DNA of 64,000 nt from assembly GCA_017499595.2 (NCBI GenBank), contig CM039008.1, positions 2,418,001 through 2,482,000 of the forward strand, given 5' to 3'. Origin of the DNA: Psilocybe cubensis (lineage: Eukaryota). Shown here in pieces: positions 51,646-64,000 of the stretch. Numbering within the stretch: position 1 is the first letter of the stretch; the number at the start of each line of letters is the position of its first letter. The notes under the pieces were generated by a model that worked only from the letters and a program-made list of their open reading frames with translations, searched no databases and was not told where the DNA came from. Both the position numbers and the translations under genes were made by a program.

Positions 51646-52957
51646 TCATGGTGTCAGAGTGGCATTAGAGCTAGCCGTGGGTTTGGGAGGTGGCGCGGTC
51701 TTTCCTCCCGGCTGTCTAAATGCCTTGGCTGCCTCTCGCATTCTAGTAGCTTGTCCCTTTGTGAACGAGTCCATACAAGAATCGTATGAATAATCCATGA
51801 AGTTATCTGTGGAGTAAACAGTTTTAACTGATAACGAAGGAACGAACAGAACGAAGAAAAACGTACTAATTAAGTCTGGGCCGTCACCTGGGCAGCTGTC
51901 CCTGCCGGCTGGGCATCCTTCAGAGCCAGACGCCTGGGGAGGCGTGTCGGCAATGTTGTCACCGACTCCATCGTCGCAGCCACCCTGGTCACCGGCACAT
52001 CATTTATTGTCAATAACTTATCTCATACACACGCCGCAATCCCATGAAAAGTGGTTTCTCACCTCAAAAGTGTGGAAAAGCCCTAACCAATGGCCTACTT
52101 CATGCACAAGTGTCCGGCCCATGTTGTAGTTTTCCCGAGGACCATTTGCGACAGTGCTGTGGCGGATCATCACACCATCGCTTTTAGGATTGCGGTAATA
52201 TGCAGATGGGATGGACGATGTGCCCAAGGATTTTGTCGTCGAGTTGAATCTGCCGAAGAAGGGGTCGAGTTATAGAAGTGGTCCTGAAGGTAATGTAAGC
52301 GATACATACGTAAGGGTGTATATGTTCAAAGTCGACGCGTCGCCGATGTTGTGCTCCAGTTTCATCGCTTGTTCTTGGGAACTGTGACCACAACATGTAT
52401 TTATTTGATTATCGAACGAAAACATTACAAATGGGCGACTTACGATCCAGGATATGCATGAATAAACCAGTCTGAATTATTGATACGAGTGGTTTTGACA
52501 AGCACGAATGAAATGCCAGTGCTGTTATAGTCTGCATTCAAAACCTTCATCTGCGCGGCTATATCGTCATCACTATTAAATGTAAATACTCTGAAATGCT
52601 ACATCTATATGAGATAAACTCACAGGATATATCCTCCCTCTCTGGTCTCGTTTGTGTAGATCACATTGAAGGAAACGTTAAAGGTGTACACTTCGTCGTC
52701 TCTCGCTTCCAATCCATTGTTAAGTTCGCGTACACTGAGCAATCCTCTTTCAATTTCAACCCTGTCCTCTGGTGAAATGTGGGTTAGACATTGGGCACTA
52801 GTAGGTATAAGTTTTGATATCAGAAAGTTTTCTAGGGAATAAAAGCATTTGTGGCTTACTGCGGTCCAACTTGGGTAGGAATAGGGGGACGTACAAGGGG
52901 AGCTCCGATGACAACATCAAGAACAACCCCAAGATATAGTGTTAGGATAACAAGCAT
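51646..52957 (-). CDS. Secreted M43 (pappalysin-like metzincin) metalloprotease
   Basis: Signal peptide; HEVGHWLGLFHTF zinc motif; DTP..GCP..RDSC; Met-turn NFMDYSYDSC. Confidence 0.92.
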
Positions 52958-53999
52958 GGGTCGAGGAACTTTTGGCAATATCATTATGAATTTGGTGTGG
53001 TATTCTGTGGTCGATGGGCTATTTCAGTTTGCAACTCGAGCGGTCCTGCGCAAGAGATGTATATTGACAGTGGTGAAGCTCTGCTTCTGGCGCCTGGCCT
53101 GGAAATTGTCGAACTCGGGCGGTCAACGCTGGTGGATAACACAGTTCGAAACAAAGACGATCCCTCGACATGCAACACGGCCATCTGAATTAACACCGCC
53201 GTCGTCGGCGCTCTTCCTCATCAAATCGTGGCTTTGCGGCTAGGACCTGCCGCATATAAACTTCGGTCTCCGCGAGATGTACATACACCTTTGCACTGCC
53301 CCAGCACTCTTAAATCAAATCCTTCTGGAGTCATATTTTGCACCATCGATCGCACATTGCACCAACGTTGTGTAGAACTTATCGAAGTACGGCACTTACG
53401 CACTGTCCGTCAATGACTTCAAGCACTTGAATATCCTTTTATACAACTTCGAAAGGACAATTGATTAGTGACGAAGGAGTTGGTCTACGTTCGCTCCAAG
53501 TTGGCTCTCTGTCGCCATTTAGCGAGGTCTGGACCGGAAAATCTTGATGACCGGCAGTGTATAGCTGAAGACCAATCGAAAACCTCGCAAAGTGTCACAC
53601 TTTGGCTTGGTAAACGCAGAATTGATTTCGTCCCTAAAAGAGGCTGCAGGATTTTCTAAGATCCGGTCAACCCCAAATCGACCCCACATACATAATATGG
53701 GGCAGCTGGCCTTATTTGTGGCAACGAATGTCAAGTAATGTGGCCAAACTGCAGAGATGTGTACCAACCTAATTTGTGTGGGTATGTTGTGGTGTTTTAC
53801 TTTATCACAATATTGATTTTGTTTTGATTGGCATGTTTTTCTTTGCGATCCAGTTAGCTCAAGAGATATTTGTATCCGCGAGTCGGGTAGATTCGGTTTC
53901 TAGTTCACGCGGCTGCTTAATGTTATTTATGAACAAGACATTATCAAACTTTTAATAGCATGGCATAGCGCCATCACCTCTTTCTTTCAAACTACCACC

Positions 54000-56900
54000 A
54001 TGCCTCCAGTAACGACAGCAGATACGCAGGAGCAGCAGGCGGCGAGTTCTTCGTCAACGTCGATTCTAAAAGAGCGCCGGTTCAAACTCAGCAGGTGAGT
54101 CAATTTTGGCTCAACTTTGTAGAACTCGCTCAAACGCATTTGTTTTCTAGAGCGTGTGATCGTTGTCGGTGAGCCTGTTATCACTCTTAATTGAAGTCTG
54201 AGGATCTCATTGAACTTCTAGGAGGAGGAGAATCAAATGTGACGAAGGGCATCCTTGTCAGGCATGCCTGACTGCCAATTCATCATGTACCTTCGAAGAA
54301 CCAGGAAAGAGGACACATCCTCACAAGTCAAAGTCGGCTTTATCGTGATTGATCTGTCAATGTTTTGCTGAATCATGACTCCTAGACGCACTGCTACCCT
54401 GGAGGATCGGATGCATCACCTCGAAACTCTTATTCAGGCCATTCCGCCTGCCGTCTTTGCAGCTGGTGGAGCCCCTTCGATACCCTCTTCTTCAGATGTC
54501 GCATCAAGTCCAGTCGTACCCTTCATGTACCCTGATGGAATGCCTTCTGGAGTGCCGCCACCTTCGTTACATGTATTTCCTCTGATGAATCCATCTAATC
54601 ATTTTACTCGCGAACACAAGGTGGATGAACGACATCACAGTCCCCATCATTCATTCAGCTCCCTGCTCAGTGGAGGAGCGTTCAATCTCCCTCAAGAAGA
54701 GCCAAGCCGATTATCTCTGACAGCTTCGTACCTGTACTTCGACGATGAAGGCTACACCCGATGGCAAGGCGAAACATCTGGGCTACCTGTGCTTGATCTT
54801 CTTGTTGAAAGACACAGCGCCCCTCCTGCTCGAGATATCTCCGGGCGATCAGTCGCTGACTCAAACGCCGCAAAAATGGCCAGTGCGAACGCAGAGTGGT
54901 TTCCCGATCGTCAACCCCGCCGCACCGATGTGAATCCTCAGGTTTTGTGGAGACTTATTACTTCTTATATCGTTCCGGAACTCATGGATAGGCGAGTGGC
55001 TTCTTCTAGTAGGAGATAACATTCTGACTGAATTCCAGTCTTGTACAATGCTACTTGTCGACCTCATATTATATTTTGCCTTTCTTGCATGTACCAACGT
55101 TTCTAGCGGTAAGACTATTGTCGTTATCTGTCGATTACTTACTTACTTTATGATTCAGGATTACGGGAATCCACAGAAATGGGGTGAACCAGGCTTCGCC
55201 TCCTTTATTGTTGCTGTTTGTTGTCTTGCCTCGCGGCATATGGACGACCCTCGAGTTAGAGCAGACCCCAATGACGGCATCTCAGCCGGCACCCAATGGT
55301 TCGAACTCTTCGGTCGACTTCGTACACTGCCCATTTCAGATCGACCTACTCTGTATAATATTCAGGCCAATCTTATCGCCGCTGTTTATGCTGTGGGTCT
55401 CGGGAAACTTTCAAAAGCCGCTGCACTACTTGCCGAAGCTGTTACAATGTCTATTGATGCAGGACTCCACCGCTCAGCTGATAGCTACGATCTCTTCGAC
55501 GCAATCGAGGACGAAGTCCGGAAGCGAACTTTTTGGTGCGTCTACATATGGGACAAGCAACTTGGCGCCCATTTTGGACGACCTTCGATGCTGCGGCTGA
55601 GAGACTGTGATGTCTCTGAACCTTCCCCTGTCGATGATGAATTCATTACTAGAGACGCTATCAACACTCCACCCCCTGGTACAGAGTCTCGAATGAGTGC
55701 TTTCATCGTATCATTGCGGATCATGGTTGTCCTTGAAGCAGTCCTCGATGTTCCGCCGGCCCGCCAATCCGAGGATCCGACGTCTTTTCTGCTGAATGCG
55801 ACTAAAGTGCTATCGGGAACGAAGAGATTCAAGGAGATGCGAGAGGAGGAAGCGCTGCTGGATGATATTCATCGGAAGATTCCCGCATATTGGTCGCACT
55901 CTCCCGAAACACTCAACAGCGACGATACTATTCGTTTGACACAGGCTGAGAGGCTGCACTGTGCTGAACAATTCGTTCGTCTTCTGATCTATCGCCACCG
56001 GTTCTCAGAACTAGTGGCTGAGAGAACTAGCGGCCCTATCGCAGAAGAACAATCCGAAGCTGAGCAAGGGGCTTTAATTGCTGCACACAACTCGGCTCTA
56101 CAGATTGTCTCCGCTCATGTTCATATAGCGAAGAAGGGGCTGATGACATACTGTATGTTGAATTCTTCGATTCAAAGCTCGTCTTTCTCATCTTCGTTTG
56201 TACGATTTTTAGATGGCGTTCACGTGATACACCAACTCACCCAAGCTGGGAGAACGTTGGTTGCTGTACTACTATGTTGCAAGACGGATGCGCTGCAGCA
56301 CTTGATACCGCCAGGCTTGGATGCGCTTCGGTCTTGTATTGGCCTTCTACGACGTTTCAGTGGTCGTTATGTCTGCGGGCTCAGGTCAGGCGACCTCATG
56401 GAAGAATTCTGTCGTCGTGCGTTTTTTTTTGTTATATTTAATTGACTGTGAAAAGCGCCCCTGAAGATCAGGCAGGCAAGCGAAACTAACTCTCCCGAAT
56501 TTTGTAGTCACCAACATTCCTCTGGAAACCGCCCGCCAGGATGGTTCCGCGAGCGCTACCCGACCGCCATGGATACGCCCCGTGCGCAAGAAAGCGCCGT
56601 CCGTCGCCCGTTCCAACCAAAGCGGGGACTCGCCTTCCCACCATAGCAGCCCTGAAGCCTTCTCACCCTCCGATTTCTTTGCCGAGCCTCTCAAGACCGC
56701 TTCCGCCTTTCCATCTGGGCCTCCACTTCCTGGGCCCGGTCCTGCATCATCGAGTTCGGTTGCATCGCCGCCTCAGTATGCTGCCCAGCCGGTCCAGACA
56801 AATGGCAACAATAACTCGTCGTTCATGGATACATCCGGCATGGAAATGATGAGGGACGACTCTCACATGTACATGTCCCAGGAAATGATGGCGCTGTTCA

Positions 56901-57097
56901 ACGACGGCGGTGTCGATGTGCAGCATCTTTTCTCATCGGATTTTATGCAGCCTATTTCTCCTCAGCAAGCTCAACAACAACAGCAGCAACAGCAACAGCA
57001 ACATCATATAGGAAATGGGAACGACTCTAGTACGCCTAGTGCTGGCTTCGCTGGTCCCAACTTTTTGAAAATGAACGGGCTCGCTACCTCTCCATAG
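54000..57097 (+). CDS. Zn(II)2Cys6 transcription factor with fungal-specific TF domain
   Basis: Spliced [47 protein letters not shown]..FGRP; poly-Q near the C-terminus. Confidence 0.94.
56968..57002 (+). repeat. CAA/CAG poly-glutamine tract in the transcription factor
   Basis: Direct reading. Confidence 0.85.
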
Positions 57098-58944
57098 CAG
57101 ATTTTTTCTGAATACCTGCCAACCTCCTTTCGAACACTTAGGGGTTGTGATCATTTTTATAATTATTGCTCTGCTTCATACCTACATCTTTTCTATCTAG
57201 TAGTTTCTTCTTTTACTATCATGATATCGTGTCGATGCATTTTCTCTGTGTAATTAAATACCAAAGTACCATCAAGCCTGGTCAACAATGTATTATACCT
57301 CATCTACCCGCAATCCATGAACCATGAGCCAGTTCTTTTTGCGGCCCCCCTCGTCATATTATAATTTAGTACACGTGATCTCGACGCGTCGACGCGTCGC
57401 AACCCAGGGGCCAGTCAACCCAGGTTCGAAACAGAGTTAAAAAAAAATGAAATGGCACATAGCAAAACAGCTCTCAATAATGTTGTTAATAGATCTTTGC
57501 TGTAAATTGCATGTACTGCACTATTATTATTTTCGCCATGAAATTTCAACCGTTTCGAAGAGTCTGAAACGAGTCTACTAACCGTGCCTAATCGTGCGGT
57601 ATTTAGTTTCTCCTCAATCGACCTGAATTAGAAGTTCATTAGCCTTCCAAGTTTCAGGAACTTTCTAATTCACAATTTCTTCTGTATTTCTAATCAGAAA
57701 GCCTATAGTAAAGCTTGATTCATTGCTCTCCAATAATGCCTTCATTCCGTATGACTTATTCGGAGTAATAAAATTACCCTTCTTTAATATGATGTTCAAG
57801 TCATGGACAAATAGAAATTTTCTCCATTCCTAGTGTTATTTCTTTGCGGTTAGACGAGTATGCAAGTCAAAGAAACAAAGTATTAATTGACACCCAAAAG
57901 ATGGACAGATAATAGTCCGCGACAATGCCCTCATTGTTTAATGTATCTCTAAGTATGTAAATTGATGCTCCTTTTTTATCGACTGCTAGCTATGCACTCA
58001 TCTAGCGGCGTAATTATCTATCTTTATCAATTCTATAAATGCATCTGTTGCCAGCTGTATCATTGTTATTTGTAGATCTTAGAATTTACCACGACTCTTC
58101 GTGAGAGATTTTCCATGTTGAACTATAGCGCTGCTCTACGCAGTTGTCAGATCCTCTGGACGCTTGTACAATACCTGCCAACAGCTGAACAGCAACCATG
58201 GCCAAATGCATCAGGGAAAAATATCGGTGGTCGCGGTTGTGTGCTACGAAGATGGGCAACTCGGTTAGTGACCACCTCTGCATAATGAGCTCGCTGCCAT
58301 CTGCTGCCATACCGTTGCTCTCGAATTGAGTCTGTAACCAAACGTCTCTGCTTTTAATGTAGATATCCACCACAGCCTGGGAAATTGTCGCTTTGATTGT
58401 AGGTCTTCTGACTCGTGAGAATTGATACGATCACTTCAGATCCAAATTAGGCGCCTCCTTTGTTGCCAACCATTACCAACCGACGCAAACTTTGAAATCG
58501 CATTGACCTGACTGACGAAATTGTCGAAACTGGGTAACCATTTCAATATTTACATGCGTTTCTGAATGGAATATCCTCAGAAAAGTGCGTGCGTTGGCGA
58601 CATCAAACCCCGCGTTGCCCCCGCGGTTCTTTTTCATTTTAGTAAGCCGAAGGGAAAGCTAGGGAAAGGCTAGTATGTCTGTTTATTGTTATCCTAGAAT
58701 ATGGCATCAGGTGCGTGTGTATTCATACGCCATCTAGTCCCGTTAAACAATAAGATATCAGTTGGCTGCGACATCTCCCGATAGATCTACCGGATTAAGT
58801 GTCCGTCCTCAATATACTGGCAATCTCTTTTTGTTCCAAGAGACAAAGAGAGTATACACTACATAATGTGTGCGAGTCGCTCCGGTCGCACCTCCACCTC
58901 GCACACATCCTCTTTGATATAACACCCATCAGCATACTAACGAT

Positions 58945-60825
58945 ATGTATGCCTCCTATTTCAATCGGGATTTCTCCTCATCACCTATTGGCAAGCTCCC
59001 TGTAGAGCTCTTGTCAGAGATATTCACACTCTGCTCTCTCCCTTCTGGCCAACCTAGTCCAATTTCAGATGACGAGGGTTCCTATCTACCTGTGATAAAC
59101 TCAGAGACGGTCCGGGCACCTTTCATACTATCTAGGGTCAACCGTCGATGGCGAGATATTATACTCAGCCAATCTAGCCTATGGGCCAGCCTGTGCATCA
59201 CTGCAGAGCTAATACAGGAAACCGACTGCAGAGGGAAGGGTAGCTCAACGAAATTGAAGACTGCTCACATTGCATCCTCTCTTCAACGATCTCGAAGAGC
59301 TCCTCTCAATATTCTTATTGATGCAAGGGACCCTGAATGGAATTTTTCGGAGGCTGGGTGCGTCGTACTTTCTATATGTCTATACCATAGCTAACAATGT
59401 TACAGAGTTGGTCCAGATGATGCAGATGGCCCTCCAATCCCTACACTTTTTTCACCCGACCATATGGCAATTGTTATGTCACTTCTTGTACCCCACCTCT
59501 CTCGATGGAGACACCTCACCATCCTCACCGATACATGGGTACCTATGCACGTCGCCCTTTCTGCTATCAACCCTGCTATAACTTCATTAGGAGCACCTTG
59601 TCTGGAGTCCCTCACCCTGATGCGATGTAACGATTTTGTCAGCTTCTCTCCCCAGTTTGAGCCACGCGACCTGAAGACTCCTGCTTTCCTGTCACCGCTC
59701 AGCCCTGATGCCGCATGCCAGGACCTGTCCATCCTTCCAAAATTGAAGCAACTCTCCCTTCGAGGCGTCCACGTTGACTGGGATTCACTCGCTGCTGCGA
59801 TGAGAAGCTCAGTAGTCGGCCTGTCGTCGCTCGAACTGGCATCACATTGCTCAGATGTTAGGCCTTCGAATGATCAATTTCATTCATTGCTTCAATCCGT
59901 TCCCACCCTCCAACGACTCGTTATTACCGGCTCTGGACCAGAGATACCTGAGGAAATGGAAGATGCCCCTCCAGATCACGACCCTGTTCCGCTTCATCAT
60001 CTACAAAACATTACTATCGGATATCGCACCGCTTTGGAAGGCCGCACCGTCCTTCAGCAACTCGACGCACCAAATGTGAAGACTCTTAGTCTAGAAGATG
60101 CGACTTACCCTGGAGACCCCGAAGAAATTAACGGAGGAAGCTTGCTGGCATATGTCGGGTGCCGAAAATTCAAGGGCAACGATTCCGAATTTCGCCTCGA
60201 ATACCCTCCTCCTCAATTAGCGGTAGCCTCGGGGAGCAAGTCAAGCACAATGATCCACCGCCGAAGGTCTTCGACCGTTTTACAATCTCAAGAATCCAAT
60301 GCAGCCTTCCCATTACTTGAAAATGTCACTCTCAAATGTGTAAAATCGTCACCATGGCCACTACGCACTTTTTTCAATGCCCTCCCCAAGCTTCAGCATT
60401 TGGAGCTAATTGGTATGTCGATGCAAGCTGTGCAAGCCCTGGTTCCCTCTTCTCCTGGCTCCATGCCGACTTGCCCCTGCCCTCAACTCCGTTCGTTATG
60501 TATCAGGGACTCCGAGCAGCTGCAAGTCTGTGACCTTGATTTCATCATCGGAAACCTAGGACTCGAACGCCAAAGCAAGGGCGCATGCAGACTCAGCGAC
60601 GTAGAGCTTCATCTCGACTCTGCCCGCGCAGCGTGTGTCGCTGCTTCGCCTGGCTCACCAGGAACGAGAGTGAACATTTATAGTGACGACGAGGATGACA
60701 GTGATGATGATTGTGACTATATGGGCGATGAAGATGATATGGATCTCGATCCTTTCAGCCCTGGAGGAGCATTTAACGATCCCGTCTTTGATAGCTACTA
60801 TTCACATCAGATTTTATCTCAATAA
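58945..60825 (+). CDS. F-box-like / LRR-like protein, one intron
   Basis: IGKLPVELLSEIF...LSRVNRRWRDIILSQSSLW; LRR-like repeats; acidic tail with PGGAFNDPVFD. Confidence 0.8.
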
Positions 60826-61715
60826 CCTGTCTGGCTTTATTCATTTATCATTATGCAGTATGTAGACTTCATTCCAGGACTTTGTAGAATATCAATCTTG
60901 TACAATTAGTGTATATCATCAGGAATTAGGCAAATAAGCAACCAAATCTTTTGTTACATGCGCCACTTCTGTATGATGTGTTGACACCCCTATCCTGTCC
61001 CTATTTGCCGGCAACTCGCGTGGGCAGCGCGTGCAAACCGCGTCGCGCGTCGCGCATCGGATCACGATTATCAATCATTTCACAGGCATAAGTACGGGGT
61101 CTACTTGCAATCCGTAAACAAACTTGAAAATTGTTCTTTGTTGCTTCAGGTCTCAAGCTCTCAATCTCAAACTTCAGCTTTCAAGCTGCGTAAATTTCCT
61201 TCAGCACAGTCGTAACCAACAAATGTTTATACAGCACTTCGGAAACACCGAGTCTGGCGTCCAAACATGATTAATGCCATAGACTTGGGAGGCTGGCAAA
61301 CCTTTTATCAGTGTTCCATGAATCCGGCATGGAGCCCCTGTCGGTAATTTTACTCTTGCGTTCTTTGATAGAGCAGTAACAGAAAAAATATGAATGAAGA
61401 TCGCCGTGTTCTTGTCTCTGAAATACGAAAGTGCGTACCCTGTCGGTTCACTGGTTTGTCTTGCACTTTGGCAAACAATAGAGTATATCACAAAGCAACA
61501 TTGCGGTTCATGTTGTAACAACACCGACACCATTCATGTCTGCCGGTTTCACGGATAGACCTTGAAGTCGAGTGGCTTGAATGGGAGACACCATTTCCAA
61601 CCAAAATCCATTGATGATGTAGCGTCCAGACTTCTGCAAGCGCGAACTCAGCTTTTAAACAAAACCGACGACCTAACGGAAACTTTCTACCAGTCGACGC
61701 CCAAGCGAAACACCG

Positions 61716-64000
61716 ATGCTCTCACCGCCATACTATTTACGATTAGCCACAGTACTCCTTTTCGCCCATGTTGTCTGGGGACTAGGAACGAGTTGCTCTG
61801 CACCCTTAGGACGTGGGACAGCCAAAAGCACTGACCCATTCTGGATGGAAAGTATTAAGCATCAGGGAAAGTCGGCCTTTAACTCCAATCCCAATACCTA
61901 TACCGTTTTCCGTAATGTCAAGGTCAGCTTATTCTTTCTGGTTTTTGTCGTTGCCTAAACTATTCAATACTAGGACTACGGCGCCCGAGGAGACGGAGTC
62001 ACAGACGATACTGTAGCTATCAAGTGAGCTAATAACGTTTACCAATTATTGCGTATTTGACAACTTGCGCCCTTGACAGTCGTGCCATTACTTCTCAGAA
62101 CCGATGTGGAGGCGGGCAATGCCGATCATCAACGTAAGTCGTGGCTTTTTCTACTACCCTTCTCTGTGATAAGAAATTCTTGGTTGTCAGTATCACCCCA
62201 GCCGTGGTATATTTTCCCAAAGGGTACGTACATATCAATTCAAATCACCGACGGTAATACACTCGAACCGGATGTCAATAGGACCTATCTCATCTCTGCC
62301 CCCATTATTCCATACTACTACACGCAACTTATCGGAGATGCAAAAACACCTCCAACGCTCCTAGCTTCAGCTTCGTTTGATGGGCTGGCTGTAATAGGAA
62401 AGTTTCTTCATACCTACCCAAAGATTGTACTGAGATACGGTGTGTAGATGCTGACCCCTATATTCCTGGCGGTGGCGGGGCCCAATATTGGACAAACCAA
62501 AATAACTTGTAAGTGATGGCTCACTTCCTTCGAGGGACTTTCAAATGCTGACTGGGCCAATCCAGCCACCGTTCTGTGAGAAACTTTGTCATTGACGTCC
62601 GGCGGTAAGGAGAATATAATCAAGCCACCCAAAGAAAGCGACGTTTAACTTGCCTTCTGATTAGTGTTCCTGCAACGAAAATCCAAGGGACCGCCCTGCA
62701 TTGGCAAGTAGCGCAGGCTACGTCCCTTTTGAATATTGTTGTACATATGTCTACAGCATCTAACACTGCACATAGAGGCGAGTACAGTATTTCTATCATC
62801 AATGGAATTTCAAGAGCGCTGACGGATTTGCACAGGTATTTACATGGAGAATGGAAGGTAAAGAATTCAAGTCGATATGGTAATGCTGTGACTTACCATG
62901 ATACCTTATGCGTTAGTGGTGGATATATGGGCGATCTTGTATTCAATGGAGGTGCGTTATTATTTACCAGGTTTCTTCTCTCTTCAGTAGATTGATCGTA
63001 TTCAAAGGAAAATATGGCATTTATGGTGGAAATCAACAGTGAGTCGCAAAAGCATCATTCATAACTACCAATACTCACAATCGCGTCAAGATTTACGGTC
63101 AAGAATGTTACCTTTAACAACGCTCAAACCGGTGTTTATAGCACATGGAACTGGGGCTGGACGTATCAAGGAGTCTTCTTCAACAACTGTCAAGTACGTA
63201 ACAGCTTTATTGCGCCAATGCGGCTAATCTAAATAGAATCACAGGTTGGGTTTGACCTTCTCACTGGAGGTTTGACCACTAATACCCAGGTAACTTCCCC
63301 GAAGTTTTCAAACGAAATACTTTTACCCTAACACCTGTGCGCCAGACCACTGGAGCTCAAGCAATTATTGACGCCGTCGTTACCAACACTCCCATATTTA
63401 TCCGCACCTCCAAGTCTAGCAACGGGAGCTTAGGAGGTTCCTTGGTTCTCAATAACATCAAGCTTAACAATGTACCAGTGGCTGTGGGTGTCGTTGGCGG
63501 CGGTGTTGTACTCCGGGGCGGTACCACCACCATCGCTTCCTGGGGACAGGGGAACGTATACCGAGGGTCAGATCCAACTGGAATCTTCTCTCAAGGATAT
63601 ATCCCGGCTCCGAACAAGAATCCTAGTCTCTTGGATGGATCCGGCAGGATTTTCAGCAGGATGCACCCACAATACGCCGACTATGCCGTGAGTCAAATCG
63701 TCAGCGTGAGGGACAACGGTGCTGTTGGAGATGGTGTCACGGACGACACGGCTGCTCTCAAAAATATATTCAAGAAGGTGAGCTGCTGCTTTCTTAATTC
63801 TGTAAATGTTTTCAAACCTGTTTGTAGTATTCCGGATGCAAAATCATCTTTTTCGATGCAGGCACCTATGTTGTCTCCGATACGGTAACTATCCCGGCAG
63901 GGACACAAATGACCGGTGAGGCGTGGACAGTCCTCGCAGGCAAAGGAAAGGCATTCCAGGACCAGTCAAATCCTCGTCCTGTATTCCGTGTTGGAGAAGT
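61716..64000 (+). CDS. GH55 exo-beta-1,3-glucanase (3' end beyond the window)
   Basis: Signal peptide; FRNVKDYGARGDGVTDDT, YYYTQLIGDA, HWQVAQATSL, GNQQFT, WNWGWT, second GDGVTDDT repeat. Confidence 0.95.

Noticed and set aside
1-64000. CRISPR arrays, rRNA genes or prokaryotic operons
   Set aside because: Intron-rich fungal DNA; none seen.

Overview
Eukaryotic fungal genomic DNA. The short (about 50-60 nt) introns and gene families suggest a basidiomycete, probably Agaricales (inference). About 19 recognisable or plausible protein genes are present: NDC1, a secreted FAD oxidoreductase, an ABHD12-like hydrolase, an AA9 LPMO with CBM1, two DUF6533-type membrane paralogues, two Old Yellow Enzyme paralogues, a Dma1-like FHA-RING ligase, SDH2, a P4-ATPase flippase, an M43 metalloprotease, a Zn2Cys6 transcription factor, three F-box-like proteins, a GH55 glucanase (truncated by the window end) and two unknowns. 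There is also an intron-containing tRNA-Ala(AGC) and a cluster of non-autonomous DNA transposon remnants at 20-27 kb. The most unusual signals concern splicing. Both DUF6533 paralogues need two consecutive 2-nt microexons to stay in frame and to encode a conserved Cys. The GH55 gene appears to need a GA-AG intron. SDH2 has an oversized structured intron containing a cryptic acceptor that would create a premature stop. A 1.6 kb element with 33-bp perfect TIRs and an 8-bp TSD sits 79 bp downstream of the tRNA. All gene models were built by eye and no database search was run.
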